Source: Eledone cirrhosa (taxonomy: Eukaryota). From it: a stretch of 64,000 nt of DNA. Positions 54,641 through 64,000 of this stretch are shown piece by piece (positions within the stretch are counted from its first letter, which is position 1; each line of letters starts with the position of its first letter). The position numbers and the translations under genes were made by a program. The notes under the pieces were generated by a model, which was not told where the DNA came from, ran no database searches, and saw nothing but the letters and a program-made list of their open reading frames with translations. The stretch spans positions 320,726,001 through 320,790,000 of the forward strand of contig OZ024742.1 in assembly GCA_964016885.1 (NCBI GenBank), in the 5' to 3' direction.

Positions 54641-57600
54641 TTGGTGGTGTTGATGGCTGTGGTGGTGTTGATGGCTGTGGTGGTGTTGATGGCTGTGGTG
54701 GTGTTGATGGCTGTGGTGGTGTTGATGGTTGTGGTGGTGTTGATGGCTGTGGTGGTGTTGATGGTTGTGGTGGTGTTGATGGCTGTGGTGGTGTTGGTTG
54801 TGGTGGTGTTGATGGCTGTGGTGGTGTTGGTTGTGGTGGTGTTGATGGTTGTGGTGGTGTTGATGGCTGTGGTGGTGTTGATGGCTGTGGTGGTGTTGAT
54901 GGCTGTGGTGGTGTTGGTTGTGGTGGTGTTGATGGCTGTGGTGGTGTTGATGGCTGTGGTGGTGTTGATGGCTGTGGTGGTGTTGATGGTTGTGGTGGTG
55001 TTGATGGTTGTGGTGGTGTTGGTTGTGGTGATATTGATGGTTGTGGTGGTGTTGATGGCTGTGGTGGTGTTGATGGCTGTGGTGGTGTTGATGGTTGTGG
55101 TGGTGTTGATGGCTGTGGTGGTGTTGATGGCTGTGGTGGTGTTGATGGTTGTGGTGGTGTTGGTTGTGGTGATATTGATGGTTGTGGTGGTGTTGATGGC
55201 TGTGGTGGTGTTGATGGTTGTGGTGGTGTTGATGGCTGTGGTGGTGTTGATGGTTGTGGTGGTGTTGGTTGTGGTGGTGTTGATGGTTGTGGTGGTGTTG
55301 ATGGCTGTGGTGGTGTTGATGGTTGTGGTGGTGTTGATGACTGTGGTGGTGTTGATGGTTGTAGTGGTGTTGATGGCTGTGGTGGTGTTGATGGTTGTGG
55401 TGGTGTTGGTTGTGGTGGTGTTGATGGTTGTGGTGGTGTTGATGGCTGTGGTGGTGTTGATGGTTGTGGTGGTGTTGGTTGTGGTGGTGTTGATGGTTGT
55501 GGTGGTGTTGATGGCTGTGGTGGTGTTGGTTGTGGTGGTGTTGATGGCTGTGGTGGTGTTGGTTGTGGTGGTGTTGATGGCTGTGGTGGTGTTGATGGCT
55601 GTGGTGGTGTTGATGGTTGTGGTGGTGTTGATGGCTGTGGTGGTGTTGATGGTTGTGGTGGTGTTGGTTGTGGTGGTGTTGATGGTTGTGGTGGTGTTGA
55701 TGGCTTTGGTGGTGTTGATGGTTGTGGTGGTGTTGGTTGTGGTGGTGTTGATGGTTGTGGTGGTGTTGATGGCTGTGGTGGTGTTGATGGCTGTGGTGGT
55801 GTTGATGGTTGTGGTGGTGTTGATGGTTGTGGTGGTGTTGGTTGTGGTGGTGTTGATGGTTGTGGTGGTGTTGATGGCTGTGGTGGTGTTGATGGTTGTG
55901 GTGGTGTTGATGGCTGTGGGGTGTTGATGGCTGTGGGGTGTTGATGGCTGTGGTGGTGTTGATGACTGTGGTGGTGTTGATGGTTGTGGTGGTGTTGATG
56001 GATGTGGTGGTGTTGATGGTTGTGGTGGTGTTGATGGTTGTGGTGTTGATGGCTGTGGTGGTGTTGATGGCTGTGGTGGTGTTGATGGCCGTGGTGGTGT
56101 TGATGGTTGTGGTGGTGTTGATGGCTGTGGTGGTGTTGATGGCTGTGGTGGTGTTGATGGCTGTGGTGGTGTTGATGGCTGTGGTGGTGTTGATGGCTGT
56201 GGTGGTGTTGATGGCTGTGGTGGTGTTGGTTGTGGTGGTGTTGATGGTTGTGGTGGTGTTGATGGCTGTGGTGGTGTTGATGGTTGTGGTGGTGTTGGTT
56301 GTGGTGGTGTTGATGGTTGTGGTGGTGTTGATGGCTGTGGTGGTGTTGATGGTTGTGGTGGTGTTGGTTGTGGTGGTGTTGATCGCTGTGGTGGTGTTGA
56401 TGGTTGTGGTGGTGTTGATGGTTGTGGTGGTGTTGATGGCTGTGGTGGTGTTGATGGCTGTGGTGGTGTTGATGGCTGTGGTGGTGTTGATGGTTGTGGT
56501 GGTGTTGGTTGTGGTGGTGTTGATGGTTGTGGTGGTGTTGATGGCTGTGGTGGTGTTGATGGTTGTGGTGGTGTTGGTTGTGGTGGTGTTGATGGCTGTG
56601 GTGGTGTTGATGGTTGTGGTGGTGTTGATGGCTGTGGTGGTGTTGATGGTTGTGGTGGTGTTGATGGCTGTGGTGGTGTTGTTTGTGGTGGTGTTGATGG
56701 TTGTGGTGGTGTTGATGGCTGTGGTTGTGTTGATGGCTGTGGTGGTGTTGATGGTTGTGGTGGTGTTGGTTGTGGTGGTGTTGATGGTTGTGGTGGTGTT
56801 GATGGCTGTGGTTGTGTTGATGGTTGTGGTGGTGTTGATGGTTGTGGTGGTGTTGATGGCTGTGGTTGTGTTGATGGCTGTGGTGGTGTTGGTTGTGGCG
56901 GTATTGATGGCTGTGGTGGTGTTGATGGCTGTGGTGGTGTTGATGGTTGTGGTGGTGTTGATGGCTGTGGTGGTGTTGATGGCTGTGGTGGTGTTGATGG
57001 CTGTGGTGGTGTTGATGGCTGTGGTGGTGTTGATGGCTGTGGTGGTGTTGATGGTTGTGGTGGTGTTGATGGCTGTGGTGGTGTTGATGGCTGTGGTGGT
57101 GTTGATGGCTGTGGTGGTGTTGATGGCTGTGGTGGTGTTGATGGCTGTGGTGGTGTTGATGGCTGTGGTGGTGTTGGTTGTGGCGGTATTGATGGCTGTG
57201 GTGGTGTTGATGGCTGTGGTGGTGTTGATGGTTGTGGTGGTGTTGATGGTTGTGGTGGTGTTGATGGTTGTGCTGGTGTTGATGGCTGTGGTGGTGTTGA
57301 TGGCTGTGGTGGTGTTGATGGATGTGGTGGTGTTGATGGCTGTGGTGGTGTTGATGGCTGTGGTGGTGTTGATGGTTGTGGTGGTGTTGATGGCTGTGGT
57401 GGTGTTGATGGCTGTGGTGGTGTTGATGGCTGTGGTGGTGTTGATGGTTGTGGTGGTGTTGATGGCTGTGGTGGTGTTGATGGTTGTGGTGGTGTTGATG
57501 GCTGTGGTGGTGTTGATGGCTGTGGTGGTGTTGATGGTTGTGGTGGTGTTGATGGCTGTGGTGGTGTTGATGGCTGTGGTGGTGTTGATGGTTGTGGTGG

Positions 57601-60600
57601 TGTTGATGGCTGTGGTGGTGTTGATGGTTGTGGTGGTGTTGATGGCTGTGGTGGTGTTGATGGTTGTGGTGGTGTTGATGGCTGTGGTGGTGTTGATGGC
57701 TGTGGTGGTGTTGATGGTTGTGGTGGTGTTGATGGCTGTGGTGGTGTTGATGGCTGTGGTGGTGTTGATGGTTGTGGTGGTGTTGATGGCTGTGGTGGTG
57801 TTGATGGTTGTGGTGGTGTTGATGGCTGTGGTGGTGTTGATGGTTGTGGTGGTATTGATGACTGTGGTGGTGTTGAGGGCTGTGGTGGTGTTGATGGCTG
57901 TGGTGGTGTTGAGGGCTGTGGTGGTGTTGATGGCTGTGGTGGTGTTGAGGGCTGTGGTGGTGTTGATGGCTGTGGTGGTGTTGATGGTTGTGGTGGTGTT
58001 GATGGCTGTGGTGGTGTTGATGGCTGTGGTGGTGTTGATGGTTGTGGTGGTGTTGATGGCTGTGGTGGTGTTGATGGCTGTGGTGGTGTTGATGGCTGTG
58101 GTGGTGTTGAGGTCTGTGGTGGTGTTGATGGCTGTGGTGGTGTTGATGGTTGTGGTGGTGTTGATGGCTGTGGTGGTGTTGATGGCTGTGGTGGTGTTGA
58201 TGGTTGTGGTGGTGTTGATGGCTGTGGTGGTGTTGATGGCTGTGGTGGTGTTGATGGTTGTGGTGGTGTTGATGGCTGTGGTGGTGTTGATGGTTGTGGT
58301 GGTGTTGATGGCTGTGGTGGTGTTGATGGTTGTGGTGGTATTGATGACTGTGGTGGTGTTGAGGGCTGTGGTGGTGTTGATGGCTGTGGTGGTGTTGAGG
58401 GCTGTGGTGGTGTTGATGGCTGTGGTGGTGTTGAGGGCTGTGGTGGTGTTGATGGCTGTGGTGGTGTTGATGGCTGTGGTGGTGTTGATGGTTGTGGTGG
58501 TATTGATGACTGTGGTGGTGTTGATGGCTGTGGTGGTGTTGAGGGCTGTGGTGCTGTTGATGGCTGTGGTGGTGTTGATGGTTGTGGTGGTGTTGATGGC
58601 TGTGGTGGTGTTGATGGCTGTGGTGGTGTTGATGGTTGTGGTGGTGTTGATGGCTGTGGTGGTGTTGAGGGCTGTGGTGGTGTTGATGGCTGTGGTGGTG
58701 TTGATGGTTGTGGTGGTGTTGATGGTTGTGGTGGTGTTGATGGCTGTGGTGGTGTTGATGGTTGTGGTGGTGTTGATGGCTGTGGTGGTGTTGATGGCTG
58801 TGGTGGTGTTGATGGTTGTGGTGGTGTTGATGGCTGTGGTGGTGTTGATGGCTGTGGTGGTGTTGATGGCTGTGGTGGTGTTGATGGCTGTGGTGGTGTT
58901 GATGGCTGTGACGGTGTTGGTTGTGGTGGTATTGATGGTTGTGGTGGTGTTGATGGCTGTGGTGGTGTTGATGGCTGTGGTGGTGTTGATGGTTGTGGTG
59001 GTGTTGATGGTTGTGGTGGTGCTGATGGTTGTGGTGGTGTTGGTTGTGGTGGTTTTGATGGTTGTGGTGGTGTTGATGGCTGTGGTGATGTTGATGGTTG
59101 TGGTGGTGTTGGTTGTGGTGGTGTTGATGGTTGTGGTGGTGTTGATGGCTGTGGTGGTGTTGATGGTTGTGGTGGTGTTGGTTGTGGTGGTGTTGATGGT
59201 TGTAGTGGTGTTGATGGCTGTGGTGGTGTTGATGGTTGTGGTGGTGTTGGTTGTGGTGGTGTTGATGGTTGTGGTGGTGTTGATGGCTGTGGTGGTGTTG
59301 ATGGTTGTGGTGGTGTTGGTTGTTGTGGTGTTGATGGTTGTGGTGGTGTTGATGGCTGTGGTGGTGTTGGTTGTGGTGGTGTTGATGGCTGTGGTGGTGT
59401 TGGTTGTGGTGGTGTTGATGGCTGTGGTGGTGTTGATGGCTGTGGTGGTGTTGATGGCTGTGGTGGTGTTGATGGTTGTGGTGGTGTTGATGGTTGTGGT
59501 GGTGTTGATGGTTGTGGTGGTGTTGGTTGTGGTGGTGTTGATGGCTGTGGTGGTGTTTATGGCTGTGGTGGTGTTGATGGCTGTGGTGGTGTTGATGGTT
59601 GTGGTGGTGTTGGTTGTGGTGGTATTGATGGTTGTGGTGGTGTTGATGGCTGTGGTGGTGTTGATGGTTGTGGTGGTGTTGATGGCTGTGGTGGTGTTGA
59701 TGGTTGTGGTGGTGTTGGTTGTGGTGGTGTTGATGGTTGTGGTGGTGTTGATGGCTGTGGTGGTGTTGATGGTTGTGGTGGTGTTGGTTGTGGTGGTGTT
59801 GATGGTTGTGGTGGTGTTGATGGCTGTGGTGGTGTTGATGGTTGTGGTGGTGTTGGTTGTGGTGGTGTTGATGGTTGTGGTGGTGTTGATGGCTGTGGTG
59901 GTGTTGATGGTTGTGGTGGTGTTGATGGCTGTGGTGGTGTTGATGGTTGTGGTGTTGATGGCTGTGGGGTGTTGATGGCTGTGGGGTGTTGATGGCTGTG
60001 GTGGTGTTGATGGCTGTGGTAGTGTTGATGGTTGTGGTGTTGATGGCTGTGGTGGTGTTGATGACTGTGGTGGTGTTGATGGTTGTGGTGGTGTTGATGG
60101 CTGTGGTGGTGTTGATGGTTGTGGTGGTGTTGATGGCTGTGGTGGTATTGATGGCTGTGGTGGTGTTGGTTGTGGTGGTGTTGATGGCTGTGGTGGTGTT
60201 GATGGTTGTGGTGGTGTTGATGGCTGCGGTGGTCTTGATGGTTGTGGTGGTGTTGATGGCTGCGGTGGTGTTGATGGTTGTGGTGGTGTTGATGGCTGTG
60301 GTGGTCTTGATGGTTGTGGTGGTGTTGATGGTTGTGGTGGTGTTGATGGCTGCGGTGGTCTTGATGGTTGTGGTGGTGTTGATGGTTGTGGTGGTGTTGA
60401 TGGCTTTGCAGGTGTTGGTTGCGGTGGTATTGATTGCTGTGGTGGTGTTGATGACTGTGGTGGTGTTGATGGTTGTGGTGGTGTTGATGGTTGTGGTGGT
60501 GTTGATGGCTGTGGTGGTGTTGATGACTGTGGTGGTGTTGATGCTTGTGGTGGTGTTGATGGCTGTGGTGGTGTTGATGGCTGTGGTGGTGTTGATGGCT

Positions 60601-61295
60601 GGGGTGGTGTTGATGGCTCTGGTGGTGTTGATGGCTGTGGTGGTGTTGATGACTGTGGTGGTGTTGATGGTTGTGGTGGTGTTGATGGCTGTGGTGGTGT
60701 TGATGGCTGTGGTGGTGTTGGTTGTGGTGGTATTGATGGCTGTGGTGGTGTTGATGACTGTGGTGGTGTTGATGGTTGTGGTGGTGTTGATGGCTGTGGT
60801 GGTGTTGATGGTTGTGGTGGTGTTGATGGTTGTGGTGGTGTTGATGGCTGTGGTGGTGTTGATGGTTGTGGTGGTGTTGGTTGTGGTGGTGTTGGTTGTG
60901 GTGGTGTTTATGGCTGTGGTGGTGTTGATCGTTGTGGTGGTGTTGATGGTTGTGGTGGTGTTGATGGCTGTGGTGGTGTTGATGGTTGTGGTGGTGTTGA
61001 TGGCTGTGGTGGTGTTGATGGTTGTGGTGGTGTTGGTTGTGGTGGTGTTGGTTGTGGTGGTGTTGATGGCTGTGGTGGTGTTGATGGTTGTGGTGGTGTT
61101 GATGGTTGTGGTGGTGTTGATGGTTGTGGTGGTGTTGATGGTTGTGGTGGTGTTGATGGCTGTGGTGGTGTTGATGGTTGTGGTGGTGTTGATGGTTGTG
61201 GTGTTGATGGCTGTGGTGTTATTGATTGCTGTGGTGGTGTTGATGACTGTGGTGGTGTTGATGATTGTGGTGGTGTTGATGGCTGTGGTGGTGTT
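54641..61295. repeat. 18-bp minisatellite GGTGTTGATGG(C/T)TGTGGT with interspersed 15-mers
   Basis: Direct reading. Confidence 0.98.
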
Positions 61296-64000
61296 GACTG
61301 TAGTGGTGTTGGCTGTAGTGGTGTTGGCTGTAGTGGTGTTGGCTGTAGTGGTGTTGGCTGTAGTGGTGTTGGCTGTAGTGGTGTTGGCTGTAGTGGTGTT
61401 CGCTGTGGTGGTGTTGGCTGTAGTGGTGTTGGCTGTGGTGGTGTTGGCTGTGGTGGTGTTGGTTGTGGTGGTGTTGGCTGTAGTGGTGTTGGCTGTAATG
61501 GTGTTGGCTGTAGTGGTGTTGGCTGTAGTGGTGTTGGCTGTAGTTGTACCGCTGTGGTGGTGTAGGCTGTAGTGGTATAGCTGTGGTGGTGTAGGCTGTA
61601 GTGGTACCGCTGTGGTGGTGTAGGCTGTAGTGGTATAGCTGAGGTGGTGTTGGCTGTGGTGGTGTTGGCTGTAGTGGTGTTGGCGGTAGTGGTGTTGGCT
61701 GTAGTGGTACCGCTGTGGTGGTGTAGGCTGTAGTGGTATAGCTGTGGTGGTGTAGGCTGTAGTGGTATAGCTGTGGTGGTGTTGGTTGTGGTGGTGTTGG
61801 CTGTAGTGGTATAGCTGTGGTGGTGTTGGTTGTGGTGGTGTTGGCTGTAGTGGTGTTGGCTGTAGTGGTGTTGGCTGTGGTGGTGTTGGCTGTGGTGGTG
61901 TTGGCTGTAGTGGTGTTGGCTGTAGTGGTGTTGGCTGTGGTGGTGTTGGCTGTGGTGGTGTTGGCTGTGGTGGTGTTGGCTGTGGTGGTGTTGGCTGTAG
62001 TGGTATAGCTGTGGTGGTGTTGGCTGTGGTGGTGTTGGCTGTGGTGGTGTTGGCTGTGGTGGTGTTGGCTGTGGTGGTGTTGGCTGTAGTGGTATAGCTG
62101 TGGTGGTGTTGGCTGTAGTGGTGTTGGCTGTGGTGGTGTTGGCTGTGGTGGTGTTGGCTGTGGTGGTGTTGGCTGTGGTGGTGTTGGCTGTAGTGGTATA
62201 GCTGTGGTGGTGTTGGCTGTAGTGGTGATGGCTGTGGTGGTGTTGTCTGTGGTGGTACGGCTGTGGTGGTGTTGGCTGTGGTGGTGTTCGCTGTAGTGGT
62301 GTTGGCTGTAGTTGTGTTGGCTGTAGTGGTGTTGGCTGTAGTGGTGTTGGCTGTGGTGGTGTTGGCTGTGGTGGTGTTGGCTGTAGTGGTGTTGGCTGTG
62401 GTGGTGTTGGCTGTGGTGGTGTTGGTTGTGGTGGTGTTGGCTGTAGTGGTGTTGGCTGTGGTGATGTTGGCTGTGGTGGTGTTGGCTGTGGTGGTGTTGG
62501 CTGTAGTGGTGTTGGCTGTGGTGGTGTTGGCTGTAGTGGTGTTGGCTGTGGTGGTGTTGGCTGTGGTGGTGTTGGCTGTGGTGGTGTTGGCTGTAGTGGT
62601 GTTGGCTGTAGTGGTGTTGGCTGTAGTGGTACCGCTGTGGTGGTGTAGGCTGTAGTGGTGTTGGCTGTGGTGGTGTTGGCTGTAGTGGTACCGCTGTGGT
62701 GGTGTAGGCTGTAGTGGTGTTGGCTGTGGTGGTGTTGGCTGTAGTGGTGTAGGCTGTAGTGGTATTGGCTGTAGTGGTACCGCTGTGGTGGTGTAGGCTG
62801 TAGTGGTGTTGGCTGTGGTGGTGTAGGCTGTAGTGGTATTGGCTGTAGTGGTGTTGGCTGTGGTGGTATAGCTGTGGTGGTGTTGGCTGTGGTGGTGTTA
62901 GCTGTAGTGGTGTTGGCTGCGGTGGTGTTGGCTGTGGTGGTGTTGTTGGCTGTAGTGGTGTTGGCTGTAGTGGTATAGCTGTGGTGGTGTTGGCTGTGGT
63001 GGTGTTGGCTGTGGTGGTGTTGTTGGCTGTAGTGGTGTTGGCTGTAGTGGTGTTGGCTGTGGTGGTGTTGGCTGTGGTGGTATAGCTGTAGTGGTGTTGG
63101 CTGTGGTGGTGTTAGCTGTAGTGGTGTTGGCTGCGGTGGTGTTGGCTGTAGTGGTGTTGGCTGTGGTGGTGTTGTTGGCTGTAGTGGTGTTGGCTGTAGT
63201 GGTGTTGGCTGTAGTGGTGTTGGCTGTGGTGGTATAGCTGTGGTGGTGTTGGCTGTGGTGGTGTTAGCTGTAGTGGTGTTGGCTGCGGTGGTGTTGGCTG
63301 TGGTGGTGTTGTTGGCTGTAGTGGTGTTGGCTGTAGTGGTATAGCTGTGGTGGTGTTGGCTGTGGTGGTGTTGGCTGTGGTGGTGTTGTTGGCTGTAGTG
63401 GTGTTGGCTGTAGTGGTGTTGGCTGTGGTGGTATAGCTGTGGTGGTGTTGGCTGTGGTGGTGTTAGCTGTAGTGGTGTTGGCTGCGGTGGTGTTGGCTGT
63501 GGTGGTGTTGTTGGCTGTAGTGGTGTTGGCTGTAGTGGTATAGCTGTGGTGGTGTTGGCTGTGGTGGTGTTGGCTGTGGTGGTGTTGTTGGCTGTAGTGG
63601 TGTTGGCTGTAGTGGTGTTGGCTGTGGTGGTGTTGGCTGTGGTGGTATAGCTGTAGTGGTGTTGGCTGTGGTGGTGTTAGCTGTAGTGGTGTTGGCTGCG
63701 GTGGTGTTGGCTGTAGTGGTGTTGGCTGTGGTGGTGTTGTTGGCTGTAGTGGTGTTGGCTGTAGTGGTGTTGGCTGTGGTGGTGTTGTTGGCTGTAGTGG
63801 TGTTGGCTGTAGTGGTGTTGGCTGTAGTGGTGTTGGTTGTAGTGGTGTTGGCTGTAGTGGTGTTGGCTGTGGTGGTGTTGGCTGTGGTGGTGTTGGTTGT
63901 GGTGGTGTTGGCTGTAGTGGTATAGCTGTGGTGGTGTAGGCTGTAGTGGTATAGCTGTGGTGGTGTTGGCTGTGGTGGTGTTGGCTGTAGTGGTATTGGC
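61296..64000. repeat. 15-bp minisatellite resumes and runs off the window
   Basis: Direct reading; a +GTT 18-mer variant appears after ~62940. Confidence 0.98.

Noticed and set aside
48085-63925. Long (VVVLA)n / (VVVLMA)n ORFs up to 1345 aa
   Set aside because: Purely hydrophobic translation of a minisatellite with GTG/TTG starts; not plausible proteins

Overview
Eukaryotic, AT-rich, microsatellite-dense DNA with no recognisable host gene exon. The SINE family and the (TA)n/(CA)n/(TATC)n load suggest an octopod cephalopod (inference). Bases 1-47,000 are a transposon mosaic: a TSD-flanked, 5'-truncated Tx1/L1-type LINE with several 3' fragments, CRE-, R4/Dong- and RTE-like fragments, four Penelope-like element (PLE) GIY-YIG remnants, Helitron-like and hAT-like non-autonomous elements, and many Meta-core tRNA-SINEs. 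Bases 47,500-64,000 are a >16 kb G/T-rich 15-mer/18-mer minisatellite. The most notable hidden layer is catalytic RNA. At least 8 well-formed and several degenerate or non-canonical minimal type-I hammerhead ribozyme (HHR) motifs can be read by eye. They include a non-coding 481-bp tandem repeat with one HHR per unit (retrozyme-like), and HHRs in inverted pseudo-LTRs of PLEs that sit mostly in (TA)n tracts. Most ORFs in the provided track are microsatellite artefacts. All calls are by manual reading; no folding or database search was run.
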